64,000 bases of DNA from an uncultured bacterium (GTDB taxonomy: Bacteria; Chloroflexota; UBA5177; JANWHV01): positions 1 through 64,000 of the forward strand of contig CAVSOU010000008.1 of NCBI GenBank assembly GCA_963729625.1, given 5' to 3'. The notes under the pieces were generated by a model, which ran no database searches, was not told where the DNA came from, and saw nothing but the letters and a program-made list of their open reading frames with translations. Both the position numbers and the translations under genes were made by a program. Shown here one piece after another: positions 39,327 through 51,031 of this stretch (positions are counted from its first letter, which is position 1; each line of letters starts with the position of its first letter).

Positions 39327-39947
39327 CTATCGCGGCCGAGCCATGGGCTGCCGGATTACCGTCTTGAGTTTCGAGGGTTCCGTGCGGCGAGGATCGCCAA
39401 GGTAGATCTCGTGGTGCTTGCCCGTCAGGACATAGCCGCGGTCGTGAATGAAATCGTGCAACCGCCGGATCGTGGGCCCTTCGTCCTTATACGGTCCGTA
39501 GTACAGGATCTGGGCGCACAGGCCCTCATGGAATGCTTCAAAGCGCATGCGCGGCAGCGCGGGCAGCGGCTTCTTCTTTCCAGCTGCCTGCATCGCGGCC
39601 GTGACGGCCTCGCGCGTCACCACTGGCGGCTGCATGATCATCGCGGTCCACCGCCACTGGTCGGGCCGAGCGGCCGTGAAGTCAGGGTTGTCCGCGCCCC
39701 ACCAGAGTGCCTCCAGCGGCAGGACGCTGTAGTCCGAGGAGGCGTCGGTCTTCTTGATCTCGAACTTGAGTGTGTAGGCCACGGCATACAGGGCGCCAAT
39801 TGCATCGGCAAAGGCCTGCGACGTGTCTGGATATCCCTCCCCGTCGATCATGAGGTAGTTCATGGGCGGAAGATCCACAATGGAGAAGTCCTTGGCCGAT
39901 GGTTGGTAGAGATCCTTGAGCTCGCGCTTGAAATCGGTCGCCGGCAT
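39327..39947 (-). CDS. GyrI-like small-molecule-binding domain protein
   Basis: DFKRELKDLYQP, YLMIDGEG.P, PLEALWW, GKHHEIYLGDPRRT. Confidence 0.9.
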   Translation of the reverse strand: MPATDFKRELKDLYQPSAKDFSIVDLPPMNYLMIDGEGYPDTSQAFADAIGALYAVAYTLKFEIKKTDASSDYSVLPLEALWWGADNPDFTAARPDQWRWTAMIMQPPVVTREAVTAAMQAAGKKKPLPALPRMRFEAFHEGLCAQILYYGPYKDEGPTIRRLHDFIHDRGYVLTGKHHEIYLGDPRRTEPSKLKTVIRQPMARPR

Positions 39948-40121
39948 ACTCTACTCCTTTTCTCGCCTAGTCAAGCAGGGAACTGCTCTTCGCCAACCCT
40001 GAACATGGCTGCCACGCTCGGTTCTGGGCATCAGTACAGCTCTTCGCACCTACCCTACTCCATCCCGTGAGGGGAAAGTCAAGAGCCCTGGTGGAATCAA
40101 CGCTGCAACATCACCCGGCGG

Positions 40122-41567
40122 CTAGCCCTGCGGAATATCGCTCATCGCCTGGTCGATGAGCGGATCGACGCCGGCAGAAAGCTGCTTGGCCGTGGCGGTA
40201 GCCTGCTGATCCGGAGCAACACCGATCTTGTCGATCAGCTCTCCGTTCGCTCCGAGCACGTGAAGCGCCGTGATTTCCAGCGCGCTTCCGTCGCTCAGAC
40301 TGTAAAAGTATGCTCCGGCCAGATCGCCGCTCGTACGACTGCCGACCAGCGTGCCCAATCGCAAGTCGCGGACGGCAGCCGCCACGAGTTCAGACGAAGA
40401 AGCGGACTCATTATCGGTCAGCACGACCAACGGCACACGCAAGAAGGGAACTGTGCTGCCTGTGCGCAGGGCAACGCGCTTGCCATTGCCATCCACTTCG
40501 TAGCCGACGACGGCATTGTGGGCAAAGGCGCCGAGAATCTGGACTGCCTGATCCTCCGCGCCACCGAGGTTACCGCGTTCGTCGAGCACCACGCCACGCA
40601 GCCCCGAACCCAGGTGCAGACCTTTGATCGCCGCGAAGGCACGTGCCGCGGCATCCGCACTGAACTCAAGAAGCCGGACATAGGCTATTCTGCTTCCCAC
40701 CACGCGAGCAGAAACCGGCTGCGTCACCATCAGCTTCGGATGCAATGAAACCGTGAAATGCGCCCGGGTGGAAGGGCGGAACACCGACAAGGAAACTGTA
40801 TCACCCATGTGCGGAACCTCCACCGAACCCAGCGCGGCCGTCTGCTGGCCATCTGTGATCGCAGGCTGACCATCCACCTGTTCGATAGTGTCGCCGGGTC
40901 GCAGGCCGGCGCCGGCCGCCGGAGTACTCGGCAGCACGTCGGTGATGAAGGTCGACGTGACCGTCGGCGTGACCGGCGAGGTGACGATCCCCAATGTCGG
41001 CGCAGGCGTGCCCGGGCTCAGCTCGCTGAGATAGATCTTCGTCTCGTCCGTGGACCAGTACGCAAGGTGACCGTCGTGCAGGCTCATGGCCATGCCGAAT
41101 AGCGCCAGCTCGGCCAGCGCCTGTTGGACACTCGCGGTCGACGGCAGGAGCGCGGCGATGGCCTCGTACTCATCGGCGAAGAGCTGCCAGTCGACGTCGC
41201 GATCGCCCAGCAGCGAGGGCAGGGCATATCCCTCCGTGCCGGAGGGTAGGGAGCCGGAAATCTCGTTCCACGCGCCTTGCAGAAGTGTGCGGTCATCCAC
41301 GCTCTTGCCCGTGATGTAGTGCCTCAAGATACAGCGATAGCCCTGCTCGACCACGGCGATGTCACTGCGGTGGCCGGTGAGCAGATCCTTCGGCGCGTCT
41401 AGCCGCTTGCACAGGGCAAGGGAAGCAGGCGCGGCACTGGCCGGCAGCGCCGACCCAGTACAGCAGAAGACAAGTGTCCAGACCAGCGCGCACATCAGGG
41501 ACGCGCGTGACCGCGTGAGGCTCGTGCGTCCGGTGCGCCCAGCCATTACCATGGAGCTCTCCTGCAT
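40122..41567 (-). CDS. S41 family C-terminal processing peptidase with PDZ domain
   Basis: LRPGDTIEQVDG, LDERGNLGG, SASSSE, LVGSRTSG, GVAPD. Confidence 0.85.
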   Translation of the reverse strand: MQESSMVMAGRTGRTSLTRSRASLMCALVWTLVFCCTGSALPASAAPASLALCKRLDAPKDLLTGHRSDIAVVEQGYRCILRHYITGKSVDDRTLLQGAWNEISGSLPSGTEGYALPSLLGDRDVDWQLFADEYEAIAALLPSTASVQQALAELALFGMAMSLHDGHLAYWSTDETKIYLSELSPGTPAPTLGIVTSPVTPTVTSTFITDVLPSTPAAGAGLRPGDTIEQVDGQPAITDGQQTAALGSVEVPHMGDTVSLSVFRPSTRAHFTVSLHPKLMVTQPVSARVVGSRIAYVRLLEFSADAAARAFAAIKGLHLGSGLRGVVLDERGNLGGAEDQAVQILGAFAHNAVVGYEVDGNGKRVALRTGSTVPFLRVPLVVLTDNESASSSELVAAAVRDLRLGTLVGSRTSGDLAGAYFYSLSDGSALEITALHVLGANGELIDKIGVAPDQQATATAKQLSAGVDPLIDQAMSDIPQG

Positions 41568-41910
41568 CGCGGCGATCGGTCTTCCTGATCGTAGAGTACT
41601 GCGTCCGCCGGCATAGAGCTTGCCGGCCCGTTCGCGCCGGCGTATCTGAATAGCGTGACCCCGTTGAAACCCGGGGCGGGCACTCCGGGGAGGCTCAGTG
41701 GCTGCCTAGCGGCGGTCATGTCGTGACTTCTGCGCACGCCAAGATGTGGGCAAAAATCAGGCCTTCAGGCCGGAATTTCCCTGTCGCTACGGGATGCCGC
41801 CAAGCTCGATCCGCCTGCGGCGCCCGGTCACCAAATGTAAGTGCGGCCCGTTGGCGCCGGCGTTTCTACACGTGCGCGGCTGGCTCCAGACCGCGGCGGT
41901 TGCTTCCTGG

Positions 41911-42130
41911 TCACTCGGGGGGACAGAGTCCCTGCATGAGGGTGGCGACAATATCTTTGGCGAAGCGGCCGTCTGCCTCGACGTCCGGCGCCTGGTCGAG
42001 AAACCGCATATTCATGGCCCGCTGCCGGCAGGCGCCCAGCAGCAGCGCCGCCGCGGCCTCCACGCTCGCGCCGGCACGGATGCGCCCCAGTCGCTGCTCG
42101 ATACGCAGGTAGGTCGCCAGTGTCTGCCTG
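41911..42130 (-). pseudogene. TetR-family C-terminal remnant
   Basis: Manual translation LATYLRIEQRLGRIRAGASVEAAAALLLGAC...FAKDIVATLMQGLCPPE*; HTH absent. Confidence 0.55.
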
Positions 42131-42271
42131 GGCCATCGCGGAATCTCGCGACGAGCGGGCCTCGCGCTCGATAGACTTCTTCGGCCCGATCACCAGCGCC
42201 GTGTGCGTCTTCTCTCTGGTTCTGGCACTGGTGCAGGGCAATGATGCCGACAAGGGTTGGACATTACCATT

Positions 42272-43493
42272 CTAGAGCTCGCGCAGCGTTGGCGAGAGCG
42301 TGGCCAGGGCCAGCGCATACACCAGGCACGTCGCGCCGCCCAGCGCGACCGTCATCTGGGCGCCAATCCTGCTTGCCAGAGCGCCGGCCCAAAGGCTGCC
42401 CACCGGCGAGACGCCCCACGAGGCGATGGTCCAGAGCGCCATCACTCGTCCGCGAACCTCCTCGTCGCTGAGCACTTGCAGAGCGGTATTCGCGACCGCG
42501 AAGAAGCTGACCATCCAGAATCCCACCACCGCCAGGGCCCCCATCGCCGGGAGGCGGGCCGGAATCAGGGCGAACACAATCAACGACAACGCGAAGGCCA
42601 CCTCAGTGCCGAGGATAATCATGCCTTTGCGCGGCACATTGCCGAGGCGCGCCGTCAGCAGTGCCCCGACAACCGCGCCACCCCCCATCGCCGCCAACAG
42701 CGCGCCGAGGTCGCCGGCGCTTCCGTGGTAGACGTTCTTGGCGAATACGGGCATCAGCATCAGGAATGGCATGCCGAAGACCGTATGCACGGTGGCCAGC
42801 ACCAGGGTGGATCTCGTTTCGGCTTGCCCGGCCGCGAACCGCATGCCGTCGGCTATGCTGCGCCATACGGCAACCTTGGCGGCCGAGAGAATGGCTTTGG
42901 GCCGGTTCATCAGCTGCCAGCGCCCCCACTACCGCCAGGAAACTGAGGCCGTTCAGCGTGAAGCAGCCCGCGATTCCGATCAGCGCGATCAGTGCGCCGG
43001 CCACGGCAGGCCCGACCACGCGGGCAACGTTGAATTGGGCGGAGTTCAGCGCGATGGCATTCATCAGGCTGGATTTCGGTACCAGATCGCCGACGAACGA
43101 CTGCCAGGCCGGAGAGCTGAGGGCGGAGGCAATGCCGATGAGCAGCACAAGGATTAACAACCAGCCGGTGTTGATGGCGTGAATCGCCGTCAAGAACGCC
43201 ATGATCAGGGTGAGGATCATCAACACCGACTGTGCCGCCATCAGCAATGTGCGACGGTCGAATCGATCGGCCATAACGCCGCCGAAGATCGACAGCGTCA
43301 GCACCGGCAGGTTTCCCACGGCGTTGACCATGCCCAGCAGAAAGGCCGAGTTCGTGATCTGGAGGATCAGCCAGCCCTGGGCAACGGCCTGCAGCCAGGT
43401 GCCCATATTGGAGACCAGGGCGCCGGACCACAGCAGCCGGAAGTCGCGCGACTCCAGGGCAATCAGTCCGGCAGGCCACCTACGGCTCCGCAC
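42272..43493 (-). CDS. MFS transporter, frameshift near 42916
   Basis: RDFRLLWSG, GGVMADRFDRR, NAIALNS..FNVARVVGPA; continues in ORF 42272..42910 with RGRVMAL. Confidence 0.88.
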
Positions 43494-43627
43494 GACTTAT
43501 CCCGGCCCCGGTGCAAGACGCTTCATGACAGCTCCGGTAGTCCACGGACATCAGGTGCCATCGTCGCTGGTAGGCCTTATGTTCTCAGTGTATAGATCTC
43601 GCCGCGGCAATTGGGGCAGCACAAGCT

Positions 43628-45220
43628 TCAACTGCTCGAGAAGTCCTCGATGCCCAGGCTTCGTCGCAGTGCCGGGTAGTCTACTTTGGCGTTATGCCGT
43701 CGGTCGACGGGCAGAGTCCGGACGATCCGCACGTCGTCGACGTGCGCCCACGGCACGCATCGCACGATGGTATCCGACTCCGGCGCCCGGGCGTGCAAAC
43801 GCGGCTCGATTACGAGAATGCGCCTGTCGAGGTGAGACACCAGCGCGCAGCGGTGTACGCCGGGCATTCGCGCGACGGCGCACTCGACAGTGAAGGGGTC
43901 GAGCGTGCCGCGCGTATCCTGGATGCGGGCGGCGCAGCGGCCGGCCAGCCAGAGCCGGCCCGTGCCGTCCAGGTACCCGGCGTCGCCGGTTCGATGCCAG
44001 ACCACGCCCTCAACCCGGAACTTGGTTTCCTCATCGCCCATGCCGTGCAGATAGCCCGGCAGGACGTGCCTGCCGCTCACGACGATCTCGCCTATGCCGA
44101 GGGGCGGCAGGCACCGGTCGGCGAATGCGGCCGCCGTGTACGCGGAGATGGGCCTGCCCCAGGTATCGGGGAGAATGCGCAACGCGATCTCCGGGACCGG
44201 GCATCCGGCAGGCAACCCCTTGCCCGCGTAGACTGCCGCGATGTCCTGCGCGCTCATGTCCGCACAGGACACCGTGCTGATGGGCTCGGCTTCAGTCGAC
44301 CCATAGACCGCGATTGCCCTGCCGTTCGGGGTTATCGCCTGCATCCCCGCGAGCACGTTCGGCAGAACCGGGCCGCCGCCGGCGAAAGCAGCCCGCACCC
44401 GCGGCAGCGAAATGCGGTGTTCGCCGCAGTATTCAATCAACCGCTCCCAGAGCGCGGGCGAGGCGCCGATACGGGTTGTCCCGTGTTTCAGGAGAAGGGC
44501 AATCAAGGGCGCGGCGTGGGCACGGCCCGGATACCGCAAGTCCACATTCGGGATCAAGCACGTGGCGCCGGAAGCCAGCTCTGCCAGGACGAAGACGGGC
44601 ATGGTCATCAGACTGATATCGCCCGGTGCCGCGCCCAGGTTCCGGGCCAGCGCCTCGTGCTGCGCCAGAAGCATTCCGTGGGTGCGCACCGTCCCCTTCG
44701 CCTGACCAGTGCTGCCGCTTGTGAACGTGATCAGTGCCGGTGTGTCGTGCTCAGCCGGCTCGATCGTCGCCTGGGGTGGAAGGCTGGCCGCCGCCGACCA
44801 GCGAGCCGCGCCGGGCAGCCATGGTCCGGTGACGAAGCAGTGAGGGATACGCCGTACAGAAGGCACGGCGAGCCTCAGCACGTGCGCCTTCGCGCAGGCG
44901 ATCAGCCCTCGGGGGCGCGCCAGCGCACAACATCGCTCGATATGGCCGCGACCCGCCGAGGGGTCCAGCACCATTGCCACCAGGCCGAGGCGGAAGATGG
45001 CAAGAAACGCGACATAGAGCTCAGCAGACATCGGCTGCAACACGAGTATTGTGTCGCCACGCCGCAGGCCGGATCGCGCCAGCATCGTCGCCGCCCGTGC
45101 CGCGGCGTCTTCGAGCTCTCGATAGGTGGTTACGCGTTCCCGGCCGCGCCGCCTGTCGACGAGAGCGGGCGCATCCGGCCTGGCCCGAGCTTGAAGCTGC
45201 AGCAATGTGGCGACGTTCAT
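43628..45220 (-). CDS. AMP-binding enzyme (OleC-like)
   Basis: FTSGSTGQAKG, YGSTEAEP, WHRTGDAG, PVDRRHNAKVD. Confidence 0.9.
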   Translation of the reverse strand: MNVATLLQLQARARPDAPALVDRRRGRERVTTYRELEDAAARAATMLARSGLRRGDTILVLQPMSAELYVAFLAIFRLGLVAMVLDPSAGRGHIERCCALARPRGLIACAKAHVLRLAVPSVRRIPHCFVTGPWLPGAARWSAAASLPPQATIEPAEHDTPALITFTSGSTGQAKGTVRTHGMLLAQHEALARNLGAAPGDISLMTMPVFVLAELASGATCLIPNVDLRYPGRAHAAPLIALLLKHGTTRIGASPALWERLIEYCGEHRISLPRVRAAFAGGGPVLPNVLAGMQAITPNGRAIAVYGSTEAEPISTVSCADMSAQDIAAVYAGKGLPAGCPVPEIALRILPDTWGRPISAYTAAAFADRCLPPLGIGEIVVSGRHVLPGYLHGMGDEETKFRVEGVVWHRTGDAGYLDGTGRLWLAGRCAARIQDTRGTLDPFTVECAVARMPGVHRCALVSHLDRRILVIEPRLHARAPESDTIVRCVPWAHVDDVRIVRTLPVDRRHNAKVDYPALRRSLGIEDFSSS

Positions 45221-46246
45221 GAGGGCGCCTCCAGACGACGCGCAAACAGGGCATATTGCCGGATGATCCGTGTCTGGTAGCGGCTGCTGCTGCGAAGCGA
45301 CCCGTTCCGCTCGTGCAGGAGCGCGTGCACCACTCGGGTGTAGCCGAGCTGACGCACATGCTCCAGAGTGACTGAGCCGAGCAGGGCGCCGAGACCGCGC
45401 AAGCGAGCGTCCGGCAGCACGGCAAGAGTCTTGACCACGACGGTATCGACACGCTCGCCTCGTCGGGCCTGGCAGAGATCCGGAACGGCAAAGATGAAAC
45501 CGGCGGTGCGGTCCTCGTGCTCGGCGATCAGCGCCAGCTCGGGCCGAATGTACGGCTTGATCGGCATGTACTGATCTGCGAACTCCTGTTCGTCGATCGG
45601 GCTGTAGAGGAAGTTGCCGGCAAAGCTCGCCTTGACCACCTGATAGATTTGTCCAAGCTCGGCGGCGAAGCGCTCAATATCCAACATGCGGATGCGCACG
45701 CCTCGCGCGGCGAGCGAGCGCGCGATGGCTGGTAGCCGGGGGTCGCCTTCGCCCATCCGCGTGTCCAGAAGCGAGTAGTACCGCGCCAGCGGCGTGAAGC
45801 CGGCATCCGCGAAATAGCATGGGTATGTGTCCGGAGTGTCCGGCTCGAGGAAGAATGGCGGCTCGACGCCGCGTTCGGTGACCAGGCGGTACTTTCTGTG
45901 CGTGCTGCCGTCCATCGGGCCCACGGCAAGAGCGCAGCCCTCGGCGGCAAGCCTGTTGCTCGCCGCCAGCAAGAGCGCCCGCGAAGCGCCGGCGTCATTT
46001 GCTTCGTAATGGCCGATGAGCCCCACGCGGACTGCCCGATTCTGTTCCCGGCGCTACCGCGGGGTACCGAGGCGTGTCGGTCCACCACAGCGAGCAGCGG
46101 GCCGCGGCCGAGATGACACCCGTGACAAGAAGGTGTGCATCGGCGCCGTCACGCGCAGTGGACGTTCGATCCATCTGGGGCAAACCGGCGACAGCGCAGA
46201 AACGGGCCGTCTCGACCGAGCTTTCTAGAGCAAGGGTGGCGTGCAT
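45217..46246 (-). CDS. GNAT-like N-acyltransferase, frameshift near 46040
   Basis: RBS AGGAGG at MHATLA; ARCSLWW, then GLIGHYEA, VGPMDGST...YRLV, KTLAV.P...GLG. Confidence 0.75.
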
Positions 46247-47175
46247 GGCATCCTCCTGCTGGAAACCAGGCGGCCAGGAGTCTGTACTGGCCGCCACATC
46301 CTGCCCTGGCGCCGGCATGTTGCAGGCTCCAGAGATCTGCCGGATCGCGTACCCAGTTTGGGCGCGCGAATCATCCGCGGCCATTGCTTCCGTTCGTGGC
46401 GGCATGGCATGGTCAGCAGCCGGTAGCTGATTATCGAAAGCAGCAGCGCGCCCAGCAGCATGGCCGCGTCGCCCTCGACGCTCAAAGCGAGACCGGCTCG
46501 CAGAACCGGGTAGCCGATCAGCGGCACGGTGATGTTGTCCAGGCCGTACGGCGAGAGCGCCTCGACAGGCGTCAGCAGCAGCGCCAGAATCAACGCGAGC
46601 AGCACTGCCGCGCTTGGGTTGCAGGCGGGGGCAAGCAGCAGGGGGATCAGGGCGCTGAGAGCGGCGACGGCGAAGAAGGCCAGCGACCCTTCCAGGCTCT
46701 TTTCCGAAGCAATGCGCCGGAAGCGCCGGCGACCATGCTCCGTTCCTACGATGGCCGCCGCGCTGTCCGCGAAGGTGAGAATCAAGAGCGGGACGCAGTA
46801 CAGCAGCGTGCACCGTGCCGAGAGCGTGAAGAGCACGAGCGCGGCAACAGGGAGGCACACTTCGCCGAGCGAGCCCCGGTTTACCGCGAAGAGGACGGTC
46901 CCCAGTCCGGCGCGCAAGGCACGCATGTGTTTGAGCGCGATCAGCGCTGGAATGGTGACTCCTGCCAGTACCAGGACAGGCCAGAGCTCGCCGAACAACC
47001 AGGGGAAGCCCAGCACAATCAGGCCAGCTCCCACGTGGAAGAGTTTTCGCGCCGGTTCCGGCTGCAGAGCACGGCTGTGCTGCGCCAGTCGCACGCCGCC
47101 GAGCAGCCCGCCAAGAAGGAGCAGCACTGCGACCATGCCTACCAGGGGATGAACGGCGACATGCAGGCCCATCAA
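46225..47175 (-). CDS. Phytol/dolichol kinase-like (cytidylyltransferase family) membrane protein
   Basis: ARKLFHVG, ADSAAAIVG, KSLEGSLAFF, EALSPYGLDN. Confidence 0.82.
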   Translation of the reverse strand: MMGLHVAVHPLVGMVAVLLLLGGLLGGVRLAQHSRALQPEPARKLFHVGAGLIVLGFPWLFGELWPVLVLAGVTIPALIALKHMRALRAGLGTVLFAVNRGSLGEVCLPVAALVLFTLSARCTLLYCVPLLILTFADSAAAIVGTEHGRRRFRRIASEKSLEGSLAFFAVAALSALIPLLLAPACNPSAAVLLALILALLLTPVEALSPYGLDNITVPLIGYPVLRAGLALSVEGDAAMLLGALLLSIISYRLLTMPCRHERKQWPRMIRAPKLGTRSGRSLEPATCRRQGRMWRPVQTPGRLVSSRRMPCTPPLL

Positions 47176-48311
47176 GCCACCTCCTCGATCACGAATCGGC
47201 GGTAGAAGAACACTTTGTCCTGGCCGTGCAGCCGCTCGGCAAGCTCGTCCAGGGACAAGAGTTGCTCGGCCAGGCGACAGGGGCGGCTGCGCGGGACGAG
47301 CATGTTCCAGTACGCGAGCCGCGCACCGCCACGCGCCGCTCGTACAAGCCGATCCAGCACCACGCCATGCTCCTGCTCCGACATGTATTCAAACACGTCG
47401 CTCAGGTTGAAGCGGTCAATACTCGCCGGCTCGGCCGCGCTCAGGAACTCCTCCAGAGACTGGCAACGCCATTCAAGGCGGTCGAGATTGGCGCGAATAG
47501 CGTCGAAGTTCTCAGGGCGCAGCGCGTATGGGAGCGTGGTGCCGTGCATGCCGGTGAGAATCCAGTGAAGGTAGGGATTCGTGGCCGGGTCCTGCTCGAC
47601 CAACGCGTGCCGCACCTGTGCCAGCAGGTGCGTGGACACGCGGTCCGTGGCATGACGGAAGAACTCGGGGTCGCGGCCCAGCCGAGCCATGACGGGCTGC
47701 GAAAAGAACAGGCGGAAGAAGAGGCGCCAGCGGGCTGTATCCCATCCCCGCGCATAGGATTCCCGCCGTTCTGTCGCGGTACCGCCGCGCAGCAGGCGCT
47801 CGACGCAGGCTCGATCGTGCACGAGCGGCAAGATCAGGCGTCGAAACAGCGTCAGGTAGCGCTCGAATCGTCCCGCCGATCCGATGCCGCTGGCGATCAG
47901 CGCCGGAGTCGCATCCCAGAAGGCGCGCGTGCCGGGAGACAGCGCGGCACGGCATCGCCGGTACAGATCGGCGCGGCGTCCACTGGCAACCGAGCCGACG
48001 AGCTCAAGCAATTCCGCGTGCCGGAGCGTGCGGTACGCCGCGACGCGCAATTCCAGACAGGCAAGCTGCGGCCTGCTGACGTCCAGCGCGATCACGTGGG
48101 CCGGGCTTTTGCTCAGGAGGGCGAGCGTGTTGTCGCCGGCAGAGGCGATGGACAGGCACACCTGGCCTGGTCGTACGCTGAGCGCGGACAGCAGTACATC
48201 TGCATCTTCCCAGCACTGCGCATAGCGGATCTGGCTGAAGTCCACGAGCTGCACGGCAGCGCTCGGCGATGAAGTACCTGCGGCGGAGCGGGTCCTGGAT
48301 GTGCTACACAT
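47172..48311 (-). CDS. DUF3419/BtaA-family SAM-dependent transferase
   Basis: IRYAQCWED, SIASAGDN, GRFERY, FNLSDVFEYM, RLAYWN. Confidence 0.85.
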   Translation of the reverse strand: MCSTSRTRSAAGTSSPSAAVQLVDFSQIRYAQCWEDADVLLSALSVRPGQVCLSIASAGDNTLALLSKSPAHVIALDVSRPQLACLELRVAAYRTLRHAELLELVGSVASGRRADLYRRCRAALSPGTRAFWDATPALIASGIGSAGRFERYLTLFRRLILPLVHDRACVERLLRGGTATERRESYARGWDTARWRLFFRLFFSQPVMARLGRDPEFFRHATDRVSTHLLAQVRHALVEQDPATNPYLHWILTGMHGTTLPYALRPENFDAIRANLDRLEWRCQSLEEFLSAAEPASIDRFNLSDVFEYMSEQEHGVVLDRLVRAARGGARLAYWNMLVPRSRPCRLAEQLLSLDELAERLHGQDKVFFYRRFVIEEVA

Positions 48312-50962
48312 GGGCAGTCTCCATCGACTCATCGACCATGGGGGACGAGGTTCGCGTGACCAGGAGCGTTACTCGGCCGGAGGTACCATCCATCTCCACC
48401 CAGTCGCCGTCATGGATCCAGCTTGTCGCGGCACGAAGCCCAACCACGGTCGGAACGCCTAGCTCACGGGCGACGATCGCCGCATGTGAGAGCAGCCCGC
48501 CATGTTCCACCACGACGCCCGCGCTGGCTGGAAACAGGATAATCCAACCGGGATCGGTGTGCCTGGCCACCAGGATGTCGCCCAGCTGCACCGAGGCCTG
48601 CACGGGATCGAGGATCACGCGCGCTCGCCCTCGCACGATGCCTGGACAGCAACCGGTTCCTGTGCGGGAATCGCCCGCGGGCTCCGGCACCGGCGCCGAG
48701 CCCAGAAACGTATTGCCGCTGTGTACACAGCCCCGCGTCTCAAACCTGTCGGCGGGCGGGTCTTCCTGGCGATAGCGCCCGAACTCCGCTTTGCGCAGCG
48801 CCACAAGCCCGCGGAGATCGGTGGTGGTCGCTGTCCCCGCGATGGTGCCCAGAACCTCGGACAGCTCGAGATAGAAGACGTCTCGAGCATTGTCGAGCAG
48901 TCCGTCCGCCTGGAATCGCCGGCCGATCTCGACGAAGAGGAGGCGTGCCCGGCCAAAGACACGCGTGCGCTCAAATCGCAGATTCTCGCGGTCGCGGATC
49001 CGACCTCGGGCGTTCTTGAGCACCCAGGTGAAGATCGCGCGACGCATTGGGTGCCATCGCAGGGCACTTCGCGCTGCCTGTTCGGCGGCGCCACGGGTCC
49101 CATTTCGCATAGGGTCGATCTGTCTGCTCGCGGCAAGGCGTCCGACCGATCGCAGCAGGATGAGCGGGTCGTCGGTCAGCGTGGGGCTTTCCAGCTTCAG
49201 CTCGTCAAGGCAGCGATCGGCGAAGCGCTCCAGGTAGGCCTGATACTGGACGCGGAACTCAGGCGCATCGTCCGTTGCGGCCTTGATTGCGGGGAGCGAT
49301 CCGGCGCACAAAGCCTCGGCCAGCCCGGGTTGCCGGGTGGCGGTTCGCGCCATGTCCCGCATACGCCTGGCCGGTTCGGTGGAGATCGTGCCACTTTCGC
49401 CGCACAGCAGATCGTTCTGTAGAGTGCCGGTCTCATCGTGGCACCAATGCGCCGCAAGACTGCGGAGCAGGCCGAAGAAGATCATCGTGAACAGATCGTT
49501 GAGCAGCGGCGTGTCCCAGCGGCGAATCAGGCTCCGTTCCAGCTCGCGGTAGCATCCGGCAAGCTCATCCGCACGGAGGCAGCGCGGATCGGGCTGATCG
49601 TTCAGTGTCCGTTCGATATGCCTGTGAAAATGCCGGATGCGGCGAGGGAGAAGGGCATACCCTGCCAGCAGACTGCCGAGAGCCACCGGCAGCCGCAGCC
49701 CATCGCGCACGCGACGGCCGAAGGAGGCCGTCTCAAGCTCGGCCACGATCTCAGGCGGCAGGCCTTCGCGCACGCCCATCATGCCTTCCATGAAGCGGCG
49801 GTTGACCGCGAACCCAGGCAAGAGTGCCAGCAGGCGATACCAGCTCAGCAGGTTGTAGTAGATGCGGCCGCGAACCAGGCCGAGCATGTGCCCGAATGTA
49901 TTGTCGTGGCCGTCGATAGCGGCCGGCGCCGCGTGCAGCACCTGGCAGAGCCGGCGATAGACGTGCTCGTAGGCATGCAGCGCGAACGTGAAGGTCAGCG
50001 GCGTGGTCACGCCGCTGTAGCTCTCGGCGATATTGCTGTTGTCCCAGAGTATGCGCTCGCCGTCTGGATCGGCCAGGCCTGCCAGGGACGTGATTGGTCG
50101 CGCCTGGAGCAGCCAGAGCCGGCCGCTCTCGATTGCCCATTCGATATCCTGAGGCCGGCCGGCGACGTCTGCCGCCCGGCGCGCGAGCATCGCCACGGCA
50201 CGAGCCTGGTCATCGGACAACGCGGGCGAATGCGCCTGTGCCGGGTTGACAGGTACAGCGCCTACCTCCGTCTATCGTGCAGTGTGCTGGATCGGGCGCG
50301 ATGCTCGTCACACGGGACGACTGAGCGACAATGCGACCATGGCGATCGATAGATAAGCGGTCGGCGTCGCTCGAGCCCGTAGCCAACGCAGCGCCCAGAC
50401 CCGACACGGCTTCGACTATCGCAATACCCCGCCGCCCGCTGACCGGATCGGCGCTGAAGGCTACGCCGGCGAATTCTGCATCGACCATGCGTTGAATCAA
50501 GACCGCCGGCATGCGCCCCGGCCCGTCGAGGCTGCACTCAGCACGGTAACGCCGTACGCGCTCGCTCATGCCCGACTGCCACACTCCGGCAACGCAACTG
50601 GGAACGTCAGATGCTGACACCGAGAGGAAGCTGTCATACTGTCCGGCAAAGGAATGCTGTGCGCCATCCTCGTCTGTCGCGGACGAGCGGACCGCGACCG
50701 GCTCGCCTTGCGGACTGAGTGTGGCGAGTGCGCCGCGCAGTTCTTCGAGAACTTCGTCACACGGCAGCACGGCGAGTTCGGCTGTGTTGGCGGCACGATC
50801 TGGCGTTTGGACGGCCACCCACGATACGCTGAACGCCTCGGGCACCAGCACAAACCAGCTCGGCACGGGGAGACCATGCACCTGCATGACCGCCAGCGCG
50901 GCCGCTTTCGCGCCAAGTTGATGCTCTCCCGTTGCTTCACCCGGTCGAACGATGTACTTCAT
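48304..50962 (-). CDS. PEP/pyruvate-binding plus PEP-utilising phosphohistidine-swivel enzyme, frameshift near 50270
   Basis: VAVRSSATDEDG..SFAGQ, DIEWA, LQARPIT, TDPGW, GGLLSHAAIVARELGVP. Confidence 0.87.
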
Positions 50963-51031
50963 CGGTGTCTCCCCCAATGTGGTTCGCGACGCCGTCAAAA
51001 CCTGTCGAAACGAATCCCCGTACTGATGGCG

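Noticed and set aside
43694-45280. Long antisense ORFs such as 43694..45280, 53285..54319 and 58094..59149
   Set aside because: Shadow frames of well-supported opposite-strand genes in high-GC DNA, with no recognisable motifs
48304-50962. Rifampin resistance gene (rph)
   Set aside because: Only the domain architecture is shared; operon context points to biosynthesis
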